64,000 nucleotides of DNA from Gekko japonicus (Eukaryota). The notes below the pieces were generated by a model. That model did no database searches, was not told the DNA's origin, and saw nothing but the letters and a program-made list of their open reading frames with translations. This document shows, in pieces, positions 23,160-35,166 of this stretch. A program made the position numbers and the translations under genes. The stretch covers positions 547,308 to 611,307 of the forward strand of contig NW_015168053.1 in the NCBI RefSeq assembly GCF_001447785.1, written 5' to 3'. Within the stretch, counting starts at the first letter, position 1. Each line of letters starts with the position of its first letter.

Positions 23160-24240
23160 ATCGTCGCGCGTTGATGACGTGTCCAAACCCACAGCACCCG
23201 TATTAAGTTTTTCGAAAAAGAAAATGTCGCACTCCGATGACATGTAGCTTCCTGCCCGAACATTCTCCCGCGCTCTCTAATGACCTAGTCACTAGGTGGC
23301 TAGGCGGTCGCCTCAAGAAAACGGCTAGAGAGAAAGTTGGTACATGCGCGGTAAAGGAATGTCCTGTCATCTCGTGTTCGCCAATTCTGTAAAATTAAAA
23401 TATCGAATTTTTTACTGTTTGAAGTTCCGGTAAAAACTGAAGTCCGTTACGGGCCACGGCTTCCTATGGGCGCATAATGTGGTGCTCTAGGCCTTGGTTT
23501 TGTCTATGGTGAAATCTCTCTATACTTTCCGTTGGAAAAAATCATTTCCGTTTTTAGACCGGAAGTACTGGTTAGGTTGGATGTGGTGACTCGCTTGCGT
23601 CCAGGCCGCGGGTAGTTGTTAAGGGGCGCGAGAGAGGGAGTTCGTCGTAGAGTAAAATCAAACTGAAGTCGAGGCTTTCGTGAGGCAAAGCTGTATAACT
23701 CTGTGTGCGAGGCGAAGCCTATGTGTGTGGTAATAAATAATAAAAATAATATCTCGGCGGGGGGGCCGCACTCGCCAATTCAACAAATCTATCACAACAG
23801 TTCCTGCTGCTCGCTGAACTTCCCTACGTGCGGGCCCACATCCAGTGCAAAAGATACCATCGAAATAAATAAGAGCAGAGCGGTCTTCTCGATCCATATT
23901 ACATGCTCGTCTTTCGTGAGGTGACGTGAAAGCGGACACAGGAAGTCATTCTGGATCTATCCATTCAATTCAGTTTTAATACCACTGTCATCTTTGCGCG
24001 GCTACAGGCGCTTTCTCATGACGGCCTAGAAAGCGACGGAGAGCTGGGCGTGTGGCGCACGTATTGAGAGACTGAAAGAGAGAAATTAGTTGGTAGGCAG
24101 AGGAGAGGGGCCAGAGGCTGAAAGGGGGCAGCAGTCGAAGCTAGAGCTGCCGAAGAAGAAGACGCAGGAATCGAAACAGCCGGAAAGCCGGAGGTTCTGA
24201 CGCTCGTGAAGGCGGCGGCTCGTGTTTAGGTGTGCGTTCC
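23160..24240. promoter_or_regulatory. TFPT/PRPF31 bidirectional CpG-rich promoter
   Basis: CpG-dense region between head-to-head genes; CCGGAAGT at 23559, further TTCCG/GGAAGT ETS cores, GTGACGTG at 23921. Confidence 0.75.
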
Positions 24241-24725
24241 GAAGGAGGGATGTTCTAATAGAAGAAATTCTGGTGCCCAGAGTACTTTTTGAAGAAGGGT
24301 GGGAGAGAGAGATGATAGGTTGGTAGATGCACGGAGCTCTTGTTGTGGAGATCAAAACAGAATAATCGAAGTGGTTGGCTGAGTGAACTAGGTTGGAAAA
24401 ATAATTGGCATGGATCTCAGGGTCACTGGATTTCACCAGAAAGAGGTAGCAATGGTGGAAAGAGAGGTTCCTTTTTGGCTGAGTGTTGAGCGAGAGAAAG
24501 GGAAGCTCTTCAGGAACTGCAGTGGAGCTGTATGGGATTTAGCAGTTGAGGAATCTGCTGCATCCATGTGTAGTATTACTAGATGCGTTATTTTCTGAGG
24601 ATTTCTTGAGCATTGTTGCTGTCTGCAGGAGTACACAGCAGTTGAAAGTGCCAGAGCAACAGGGGCTGGATACATAAGGAAGCTTTTCCCTCAGTCATTC
24701 ATTCTCCTTTGCAGGTTGATCCACC

Positions 24726-24899
24726 ATGTCTTTAGCAGATGAGCTTTTGGCTGACCTTGAGGAGGCAGCCGAGGAAGAGGAGGGAAGCTTTGCCGATGAG
24801 GAGGATGAGCCCACCATTGAGGATGTCCAGGAGGAGATGCAAATGGATCTGGCGGCTGATTCAGTCAAGAGTATTGCCAAGCTTTGGGACAGCAAGATG
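24726..24899 (+). CDS. PRPF31: PRPF31 coding exon 1
   Basis: CCACCATG Kozak; MSLADELLADLEE...LWDSKM. Confidence 0.95.
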
Positions 24900-27800
24900 G
24901 TGAGAGAAAGAAGCCCCTTTTGGTGTAGCTCAGCATTGGTCAACTTAATAAGTTTATGGTGGGGGAGGTGACTCTGTGTAGCTGAGTTGCTAAATGTGGG
25001 CATGATGGTCTGTATCTATACCAAAGAACAATCCACAGCTTATTGCTGAGCGTTATGGTGTCTAAAAGGATCTGAAAAACCCATATGTCTACTCAGTGTA
25101 ACATCAAGGATTAAAATATGGTAAAAGCATTTAAGTCAGAGCCTATGTTATATGCCTTCAGAGCAAAAATTCAGTGTACAAAGTCCCACTTCTCAGTGCA
25201 CAGGGTAGTGTGCATGTAACTTCACTAGTCTTGGCACATGATTAGTGGGGGGTGATCTAAAATAAGGAACAGTTTTTGAGGTTTGCTTTAGTCAGTTATT
25301 CCTGTCCTAGATGTTGGAGTACATAGAAGGGCTTGATTGGGGGTTAACTTTGCAGGTGGTCTCAAAGCACGATTAACAGCTTTTGGCATGTCTTCTGTGC
25401 AGTTTGCTGAAATCATGGTAAAGATTGAGGAATACATCAGCAAACAGCCCAAAGCATCTGAAGGTAACAAAACACTCTGGTTCATCTTATTTTTAAAGAT
25501 AACTGTGTGCAGCCCCTCCCCTACCCCCATTTCTTCAATGTGGCACCTGCTGGAGCTCCTTTGCCCTGCAATATAGAGCACACATACACCTAGCTTTACA
25601 TGCCCCATATGGTTTCTGATTTTGTTTTTTTCCCCCTTCCTAGTTCTAGGCCCGGTTGAGGCTGCTCCTGAATATAGAGTCATTGTGGATGCCAACAATC
25701 TCACAGTGGAGATTGAGAATGAGTTGAGTGAGTACAAGGTCAAGTTGTCTGCTTTTTTGGGGTGGTGGTGGAGAGAACAGTGTAGTGTATGTGGAGTATT
25801 ATACCTGCTGCTGCTCAGTGATACAAGGATAGGAGATTGAGAGACTGGGTTCAGTAGCAAGGGAGTGCAGTTGAGTGAGTGGAAGGGTTTAAGATGGGAA
25901 AGAGTTTGTTTTTATTTATACTTCTGTTCTGTCCCCAGTGGGAACTCAAATAAGCTTACAAGGCAATTCTCTCCTCCGTTTTATCTTTACAACAGTAATC
26001 CTGTGATGAAGGGTAGGCTGAGAGAGAGAAAGGGATGGGCCAGAGAGATCACCAGTGAGTGTCCAAGACAGAGAAAGGAGTAAAGCCTCATTCTCCTAGA
26101 CTTTCTAGTCTGACATTCTAACCACTACACTATCCTGGCTCTCCCTGTGTGAGCTCAGTGCCTTGGATCTTTGGCTGTTTTGATGGAAACTTTTGCTCGG
26201 CCAGGAAAAGTTGTCTAGGCTGGCCGTGAAGGGGTTTACTTTCTAGCAGTACTAAATAATGTATGGGCCAGTATTTTCCTAAAGACTTGCTTTTTTTCTC
26301 TGGAATGTAGATATACCCTGGGTTGCTTTCTGTCTTCATGGGTTAGCCAGATCCTGTCAGATTTCAGAAGTAAAGCAGGGTCAGCCTTGGCTAGTATTTG
26401 GAAGGGTAACCTCCAGGGAATACCAGGGCTGCAATGCAGAGGCAGGCAATGGCAAACCACCTCTGAAACGTCTCTTGCCTTAAAAAATAAACAAACAAGT
26501 CTAGTTCACCACCTAGTGATGCGTGACGCTAAAAGAACTAGAACTGCTGGCTGTCGAACAGTCTTAGGATCTCCTGACTATTTTACTCACAATCCCATAC
26601 GATAATATTGATGGGTCTGTTTTTGCCATTTCTCCCCAGACATTATTCACAAATTTATCCGGGATAAATACTCCAAGCGATTCCCAGAGCTGGAATCCCT
26701 CGTCCCTAATGCTTTGGATTACATCCGAACTGTCAAGGTATTGGCTGTTTTGAAATACATGAAGTCTGTCTAAGCTGTGTTGAAATACTTGAAGTCTTTT
26801 TAAAGCTTGCATACCACCCATCTGCTTTGTAATGAAAACACTAAAGGAGGTTAGAATGCCCCCCTCAGTGTCTTCTGCATTTTGTCAGTTGTTTTATGTA
26901 GTAAGAGGTGATGATTCTCAGTGCAGTAGCTAGCGTACTGGATTTTGATACGAGTGCTGGGGGCTGAATCTGGGACTTCATGCGGGTAAAGCATGTGCCC
27001 CACTGCTGGGCTACAGCTCCTTCCTTCTCTACAAAGGCTTAGTCTGAAATGTTGGAATCCGAATTCTTCAAGGGGGAGGTCCCAGAGTGAAGTTTCGATC
27101 ACAATACATGTGCAGTACTTCCTAACCTAATATGTTCAGAGATCCTTTTCAGTTTCAAGAAATCCCTTTATTTATGCATAAGATGTTCGTCACTTGCAGG
27201 AACTGGGCAACAGCTTGGATAAATGCAAGAACAATGAAAACCTTCAACAGATCCTCACCAATGCCACCATTATGGTGGTTAGTGTCACGGCATCCACTAC
27301 CCAAGGGTAAGAGGGGAACTTGGGGAACCCAAACAGGCATTTAGGAGGTGAATGTGATGAGGCCTGAACTGATATAAAGCAGAATAAGTGGAGAATGACA
27401 GAATGGTAAGGTGGGAGGAGCTTAGTGTTTGGGACAGGAGTGGTAGAGTCCCTGCTCAGTTGTGAAAGCCGAAATGGTGGCCTTTTTTTTGAAAGTGCTG
27501 TCTCTGTGCATAGTTGATTTGTGTACGTTATTAGTCTGTGCAAGGGAGGGAAAAGAATATTAAACATGTAAGATTGGTCTTCTATAGTATATTTTGGGGG
27601 CAGCTAGTAATGTGAGCTACCCAGTATTTGGAAGTCTATGAACATTGCTGTTACCCCAACATGGACACGGAGGTGTGTTCTCTTTCAAAAGGAAGATTTA
27701 CAAGCCTTCAAGAGGATTTCAAGTACAGACAACTCATTCTCCAAGCCATTTCCTGATACCTCTCCAGTTGTTCTTCTCCTATCCTTCTGCTCATTCTCCC

Positions 27801-30800
27801 GCTGTGTTATGCATTGATCAAAGAAGTTGCTCCCAGTAATAGATGTCGCTAATGTTGATGGCTTTTGGAGTTAGATATATATTCTTGTCCAAATGCATAC
27901 AAGTTTGGGGAGGGGGCACAACATGGGTAGAAGGTGAGATGGTTAAGTGAGAGAAATGCAGAGCAGAAAAGGCACAGAAACTTATAGCTCTGCAGACTTT
28001 GACAGGCAAAATCATTGTGTGCTTCAAGGGTATAGAACAAATTGGTTGGCTGCTAACTGAAGGGGTGTTAGCCTGCAGTCTAATTAGAAATGAAGGGTGT
28101 GTGTGTTGGGCTAAGGGCAACTTTTGCTGCTCCTCAAGAGGCTTCCTCTGTTAATGTTTTAAACTCATGTGAAGCAGCTGCAAGGTTCTGCAATGGATGT
28201 AGGGTGGGTTAGTCTAAAGGAACGTCTTTTTGGGGGTGTTCTTAAAAGTTGATAGGGAAAGAGACTGAAAAAATCACGATGTGTCAATTTCAGCTAAAAC
28301 TGTTTAAAGATCTTACTGTCTCCTACAAGGAGCGAGCATGATGCGCTGAAACATGGTGGCTGAATAGCTAGCCTTGGGCATTGCCTTTCTCCCCACAGGC
28401 AACAGTTAACGGAGGAAGAACTGGAGCGCATCGAGGAGGCCTGCGACATGGCCCTGGAACTGAACCAGTCCAAGCACCGCATCTATGAGTACGTGGAGTC
28501 TCGCATGTCCTTCATTGCTCCCAACCTGTCCATCATTGTGGGGGCCTCCACTGCTGCAAAGATCATGGGTAAGAGTTGGCGTTCATTAGCTATGTGTGGG
28601 TTTAGCTTGTGCAGGAGTGGAATGGGGCTGCAGAGTGCATTGAAAATGCATCATTCAGTGTATGTGAAAGCAGCGTGACTGTTCTTTGTGTTTCCTTTGC
28701 TCAAGAGAAATAAAGTGTGAAGTTCTCCGAGAGAGATGTGAAACAGTCCTCCAAAAAGTATTTCCCCCCCAGACTGTGGGAGGGTCTTTTCTCCACAATG
28801 CATATGCCCATTAACTTAGGTTAAGGCCCTGTTTTGGGTGCCCCCTTCTTCCATTATTAGACAGATGGCAGCTGAAGATTATTCATTAGGGGAGGGGTCC
28901 CCAATCTTTTCAAGCCTGCAGGTACATTTGGAATTTTGAGAGAGGGTAGTGTGTGCCACCCAAAAAGAAGAAGAGGTTGGATTTATACCCCGCCCTTCAC
29001 TCAGAGTCTCAGTTTTAGTATATGTGCTGCTGAAGCGAGCACTCTTCAGATTCTCAGAGCGGCTTACAAACTCCCTTCCCCACAACAGACACCCTGTGAG
29101 GTAGGTGGGACTGAGAGAGCTCTGAGAGCTCTGCAGTCGTTCCAGAACAGCTGTGCCAGAACTATGGCTTACCCAAGGTCATCCAGCAGCTGCGAGCGGA
29201 GGAGTGGGGAATCCAACCTGGTTCTCTCAGATTAGAGTCCATGCACTTAACTGCCACCAGGGAGGTAGAGCCAAACGCCAGGGAGGCTGCCAGGGAGGTG
29301 GAGCCAAACGCCAAATTGCTGAATGGAACAACTCCTCGTGCCTCCTGGGAAGGGAAGACGAAAATCTGGAAGGGAAATGGAACTGCATGTGGATTAAGGA
29401 AACCCCAGGTGCCTAACAGTTCTCCTGATGGAAAACCATTTGAATGAGGGCAGAAACCTGGCAGGTGCCATGGTGCCCACTGTCACCATTAGGGAACCCT
29501 GCATTAGGGTATAGCTTCTGCTCCCTCCCCCAGCACACTTGGCATCTTCTTTTGTTATACCTATGTGATGTCCCCCAAACTGCTTTATTTCCTCAGGACT
29601 TCTCCTGTACACTGCTGGTTTCTTTTACTGCTGCTTTTGCGTTTCGTCACAGCTGTATGTCTCATTGCATAACTGGTTTGAATACTTTTGTCCTGATGAG
29701 ATTCTTTTTGTAAGACACCAGGAGCAGTCATATGGAAAGGCAGCCTATAAATGCACTAATGTGAAAATATAGTCTTCCAGCCTACTTTTCCAGATCCAAA
29801 AACTGTCAAGGCATGAAATGGTAATTAAAACAAAAATAAAAACTCATAATGAAGGCAGTGAAAACTGACAGTGCTGTCAAGTGCCATATGACAGCATGAG
29901 TTGTAATACGTACCTCCAGTGTGTCTGGGCAGGTCTCCATGGGAGAGAGCACTGAAGGCCCTGCTCTGTGTATTCACAGGCTTCCTGGTCTAGATCATGG
30001 GTCCCCAACCTTTTTTGAGCCTGTGGGCACCTTTTGAATTTTGACAGGGGGTCATTAGGCTTGCAAAAGAATTGCACGGCAGCTTTGTTGAACACATAAA
30101 AAGAAGGGAGGAAGAGAAGGGGGAATAAAAAAGAAGGAGAGCTTGAAAGGGGAAGAGAACTACAACTGACTAAGGAAAACCCAGGCCCTTCCAGTCCCCC
30201 TCATTGTCCAGTGGCTGAAGCTGCTATTGCTGCCATGGGACACGTTCTTAATTGGCATGAGGGCAGCCAGTAACAAACCCTTCCTTGCAATGGCCTCACT
30301 GGTCAGGAGAGGTACTGGCAGGTGCTATGGTGCCCACGGGCACCAAGTTGGGGGACCCTGGTCTAGAAGAAGGCATTTGCAATTGGATTTTGTCTCTGCC
30401 AGAGGGGAATGCCAGGAGTGGCTGGAACTGGGACCAACCTGGCCTCTCTGTCTTGGCTTGCTCATTCTCTGTTTCCTTTGCTTACCAAGGTATTGCCGGC
30501 GGCCTGACAAACCTCTCCAAGATGCCCGCCTGTAACATCATGCTTCTTGGAGCCCAAAGGAAGACCCTATCTGGATTTTCCAGCACTTCTGTCCTCCCTC
30601 ATACTGGCTACATCTACCATAGTGACATTGTACAGTCTTTGCCTCCGGTATGTGCCGTCCCATAGCTCCACACCCTGCCCAGTTGGTTTGTTGGCATGTT
30701 CGCCGCCTTCACAGAAATTAGCAAGGCAGTCTTTGATTTAATTCTCCCCTTTCAGGATCTGCGGAGGAAGGCTGCTCGCTTGGTGGCTGCAAAATGCACG

Positions 30801-33800
30801 CTGGCAGCACGTGTGGACAGCTTTCACGAAAGCGCAGAGGGGAAGGTAAGGGGTATAGCATGCAGAAGCCAGAGGGCATCTGGGAAGTTGAAAAGTGTAC
30901 AGGTATGGTTGGGTCAGAGTGGGCAGCTGTGCTGGTCTGAAGCAATAGAACAAAGTTAGAGTCCAGTGACACCTTTAAGACCAACAGAGTTTTATCCAAG
31001 GTGTGAGTTTTTGTGTGCAAGCACACTTCATCAAACAATGAAATGGTATTACAGAACATAGTTGTATTTATAGGAGTGGCATGTTAAATTAGCATGCCAA
31101 ATAGCAAATATGTTTATTAACAGAATAACAGTTTGGGGTAGAACTGTGTCTCACAATGAGAACACTAGAAGGAGAATACTGGGAGCCAAAATTCACTCAT
31201 TCTTTTAGAACAAAGGGGGTAGGATGGAATTGTCAGATCCAGGGCCATGGGGAAACAAGGACTTGTGTGTGTGTGTGTGGGGGGTCTCATGCGGGGGTGG
31301 AGAGTGAGTTGCTAAAGCTGGGTGGGGCCAAGGAGCTGCTGTTCCTGACCTCTTCAGGGGTGGAAGACTGTGGGATGGAATAGGCAGAGGAGAGGGGTGA
31401 GGCTCATTCCTGTAACCCAAACATCACCCCCCGCATTCCATTACAATCCAGGTTGGTTACGATCTCAAGGAGGAGATTGAAAGAAAATTTGACAAATGGC
31501 AGGAGCCCCCTCCTGTTAAACAAGTGAAGCCTCTGCCTGCACCTTTGGATGGACAAAGGAAGAAACGTGGAGGCCGAAGGTATGGGGGAGGAACAGGAAA
31601 TGGCTTGAAGGGAAGAGGCTGATTGGTCTGGAACAGTTAAGGAAATGAAGCAGGACCGAATGTTGGGCATAAGAGCTTGGGTAACTCCAGCATATATGCG
31701 AGAAAGGGAGATGTACATCCTTATTTGGATTTCATAAATTCTGGCGTTTGTTACACTGGCTTTTATTTGTTCCTGGACACTTACCATTCAACGCTGTTCT
31801 TCAGCACTGGATTTTCTTAGAACTCAAATAGTTACAGGCACTAATAGCTAAATTGATATTCAAACATCAGAACATGAAGGCTTATTTCTCTCTTCACTGA
31901 ATACAAGGGTCCCCGAGGGCCAGGGTGGTGTCACACTAGGATCCGGGAGACCCAGGTTCAAATCCCCACTCTGCCAGGTGACCTTGGGCCAGTCACACAC
32001 ACACTCTCAGTCTAACCTACCTCACAAGGTTATTCTGAGGGTAAAATGGAGGAGGATGAGGTAAACTGTTCAGGGTCCCCGTTGGGGAAAAAGGCGGGAT
32101 GTAAATGGTGGGATGTAGATAAAGTAACAATAAATTGTGGACTTCAAGCTAGTGGAAGACTCAGCTCTCTTCCACCAGCCTAAACTTGAGTTCTTTCAAA
32201 AGGTTACTTTGTTCACTGCCAGTTTTTTCTTCTGGGTTTACAAAATGCCTGTTTTGTTTACCTTCAGGTATCGTAAGATGAAGGAGCGTCTTGGCTTGAC
32301 AGAAATACGTAAGCAGGCAAACCGGATGAGCTTTGGAGAAGTAAGATTATCTTACGTCTTGTCTTTGCGTAAGACTTCTCGGCTAGTTTTGGGGAATAGA
32401 TGGCGGCTTAATCTTTGGCAAAATGAGGAGGAGGAAGCAGTTTCATTCCTGTGCCCAGGACAGATGCATAAAAGCTGCTTCACAGCCATGTTATATAAGG
32501 AAGGCTCTTCTGCCCTAGAAGATTAATGTGTTTTTTGCTGTGCACAGGTCCATTATGCCTAAGTGCAGGGGACATATTTGTACAATTGTTGCACAGTGAA
32601 CAAGTAGGATTTCCACTTTTCCTTCACAAGCATGTCAGGGGAAAATGTATAAAGCATGTTTAGAGGGACTATGCTGTGAACAGGCAGGTTGATTTTATTT
32701 ATTTACAACAATATGTTTGCCATTTCCTGAAGTTCTAAGTTGCTTAAATATCACCCAAACCATGTGTAAGAAGAAGAAGAGATTGGATTTATACCCTGCC
32801 CTTCACTTGGAGTCTCAGAGCGGCTTACAAACTCCTTTCCCTTCCCCTCCCCACAACAGACACCCTGTGAGGTGGGTGGGGCTGAGAGAACTCTGACACA
32901 AATTGCTCTTTTTCAAGGACAGCTGTGCCAGAGCTTGTGACTGACCCAAGATTACATCAGCAGGTGCAAGTGGAGGAGTGGGGAATCAAACCCGGTTCTC
33001 CCAGATTAGAGTCCGCACACTTAACCACTGCACCAAACTGGCTCTCTCCTGGCTCATAATCTTGTCTGCAGTCCTTTCATTCTTGTCAGATTACATACCT
33101 AGTGATGGAATGTGTTCTAGAGCCATAAAGTGGAATCCACAAGGAAATCCAAAAAAAGTCTGTCCCCATTTGAGTTCTAATACACTTTGATATTGAGCTA
33201 TACTGGCTCCCAAAGCAGTTAGTTACAGTCTCTCACAATATATGAGTGTGTGGGATAGGGGTATCTCCAGGAAAGGAGGAGGAGGAGAAAAGACATTGGT
33301 TTGCTTTGTTCCCCCACCCCCTTGAGTTGCTGTTTCCATCACTTGTCTGATATAGTTCATCACAGTTCATTATTAACAACTGTCTAAGCTTTTGTCATTC
33401 TGATTTTTCTACCTTGTTTCAAAAAAATTCAATGTATACCCAACTCCTTTCTCACCTTCTCTTTCTTTCCCTTTACTAGATTGAAGAAGATGCTTACCAG
33501 GAAGACCTTGGGTTTAGCCTGGGCCACCTGGGAAAATCAGGCAGTGGCCGTGTCAGACAGACGCAAGTCAATGAGGCTACAAAGGCGCGGATCTCAAAGA
33601 CTTTGCAGGTTAGGAAGTGAGGACTGGATGAAAGAAAGGGCCAGGCACTGCCAATCCTGTCTTGTTGATGTTCTCTGTACTTGCATGGGCATTGTTGATA
33701 CTTGAGAGAGCATCACTCTTGAGCACACAGGGCCACATTAGTTTCTGTACTAACTGCAGTGTTGAGTAGGGTCCTGTCTTACTCGTGGCATAATTATGTG

Positions 33801-34981
33801 GCGTATCTCTATCCTGTTTTTGCTTCAGACTCCTCAGGGTCTCTCAGTGCAAGATACTCCACATGGGGCTGACCTTGAAGACTGTTCAGACGCTTGAGTT
33901 AACACAGTCAGGCATCTTTTTTGGCAACATTCACTACTTAGTTTAGTGGGTGTGCAGAGTTGAATGTAACTAGATTGTGCAAAGCATGAGAGGATTTCCT
34001 TTTAATGTTAAAGCCTGTCTGTGACTAGAGACTGAATATACTAGAGCGATGAGGAATCTGAGGAGAGATGCTTGAAGGCTGGGGGGGTGTCAGGAGTGGG
34101 GCCAAACCATCTTCTGGTGCCAGCAAAGGCAACAAACGCCTCTTGAGCTATTTGAACTGTTTGTTTGCCCCAGAATCTGCTTTAGCTTCACTCTCCCCTG
34201 TCTTCACTGCACCCCCTGCAAAGCCCCTGACAGCTCCCTGTTTTGTATTTGTCGTCCTACCCAGCGCACACTCCAAAAGCAGAGCATGGTGTATGGAGGG
34301 AAGTCAACCATCCGGGACCGCTCCTCGGGTACCGCCTCCAGTGTGGCCTTCACTCCGCTGCAGGTAAGCGCTGTGGTTGGGTTCACTTGTGTCGCCTTTT
34401 AATCACCGGTAACAGAGACTGCGCTCTTTCAGGGGATGAGGCGATAGGAAGAGCTAGGCTGTCGGGAGGGGATTGTGGGTTGCAGCATGTGCAGCACTTG
34501 TGGACACAGGAGAAAAAAATACCACTTTACAGAAGACACAGAAGGGGTGAATCAGAAGGGCGGAACTCACAGTCTTATACCTCTGAATTGCCATGATCTG
34601 CTTCGCGGTTTTTGATGTTGGTTGAGGGGAGGGCTGTGGCTCAGTGGTAGAGCATCCCTTTGGCATGCAGAAGGTCCCAGGTTCAGTCCCCAGGATCTCC
34701 AGTTAAAATGCTCTGGCAGTAAGTGCTATGGAAAACCGTTACCTGAGACCCCAGAGAGCCACTGCAGTCTGAGTAGACAGTACTGACTTGAATGGACCTA
34801 GGGTCTGATTTCGTGTACGTCGGCTTCATATGTGCGATGCAGAATTGATGACAGCCTCAGTGAGTTTTGTGTCTTGTCCCTTCTCTCGTTTTGCTGAGAA
34901 ACATTGTGCAAGCATTTGACTCCTGTCCAAGAATCTGAAAGCTATGGGTTGCCTGAACTTCCTCTTGGACACTGATTCTCA

Positions 34982-35028
<47 letters not shown>

Positions 35029-35166
35029 CTCCCCCAGGGTTTGGAGATTGTAAACCCACAAGCAGCTGAGAAGAAAGTCGCCGAAGCCAACCAGAAGTAC
35101 TTCTCCAGCATGGCTGAATTCCTAAAGGTGAAAAGCGAGAAGAGTGGATTCATGTCCACCTCCTAA
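24726..35166 (+). CDS. PRPF31: U4/U6.U5 tri-snRNP protein Prp31 (499 aa)
   Basis: 13 coding exons totalling 1500 nt: 24726-24899, 25403-25463, 25644-25727, 26640-26737, 27200-27306, 28399-28568, 30490-30647, 30756-30845, 31452-31579, 32268-32340, 33480-33608, 34265-34363, 35038-35166; MSLADELLADLEE...KRFPELESL...RKKRGGRRYRKMKER...FMSTS*. Confidence 0.98.
25403..25463 (+). CDS. PRPF31: PRPF31 coding exon 2
   Basis: FAEIMVKIEEYISKQ. Confidence 0.95.
25644..25727 (+). CDS. PRPF31: PRPF31 coding exon 3
   Basis: GPVEAAPEYRVIVDANNL. Confidence 0.95.
26640..26737 (+). CDS. PRPF31: PRPF31 coding exon 4
   Basis: IIHKFIRDKYSKRFPELESL. Confidence 0.95.
27200..27306 (+). CDS. PRPF31: PRPF31 coding exon 5
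   Basis: ELGNSLDKCKNNENLQQILTNATIMVVSVTASTTQ. Confidence 0.95.
28399..28568 (+). CDS. PRPF31: PRPF31 coding exon 6
   Basis: YVESRMSFIAPNLSIIVGASTAAKIM. Confidence 0.95.
30490..30647 (+). CDS. PRPF31: PRPF31 coding exon 7
   Basis: IAGGLTNLSKMPACNIMLLG. Confidence 0.95.
30756..30845 (+). CDS. PRPF31: PRPF31 coding exon 8
   Basis: DLRRKAARLVAAKCTLAARVD. Confidence 0.95.
31452..31579 (+). CDS. PRPF31: PRPF31 coding exon 9
   Basis: KFDKWQEPPPVKQVKPLPAP...RKKRGGR. Confidence 0.95.
32268..32340 (+). CDS. PRPF31: PRPF31 coding exon 10
   Basis: YRKMKERLGLTEIRKQANRMSFGE. Confidence 0.95.
33480..33608 (+). CDS. PRPF31: PRPF31 coding exon 11
   Basis: IEEDAYQEDLGFSLGHLGKSGSGRVR. Confidence 0.95.
34265..34363 (+). 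CDS. PRPF31: PRPF31 coding exon 12
   Basis: RTLQKQSMVYGGKSTIRDRSSGTASSVAFTPLQ. Confidence 0.95.
34628..34833 (+). mobile_element. tRNA-Ala-like SINE (also 4138-4235, 53400-53592, split copy 55815-56640, 21170-21335 minus)
   Basis: GGCTCAGTGGTAGAGCAT...TGCAGAAGGTCCCAGGTTCAGTCCCC head plus non-tRNA body. Confidence 0.7.
34988..35026. repeat. (CT)n microsatellite at PRPF31 last acceptor
   Basis: Seen directly. Confidence 0.9.
35038..35166 (+). CDS. PRPF31: PRPF31 last coding exon
   Basis: GLEIVNPQAAEKKVAEANQKYFS...MSTS*. Confidence 0.95.
   Translation, partial: GLEIVNPQAAEKKVAEANQKYFSSMAEFLKVKSEKSGFMSTS

Noticed and set aside
29255-29312. Short direct repeats (also 13987-14057, 50481-50580) as a CRISPR-like array
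   Set aside because: Two-copy local duplications without spacers in eukaryotic introns.
34628-34700. tRNA-Ala-like sequence
   Set aside because: SINE head with imperfect stems that continues into a repeat body.
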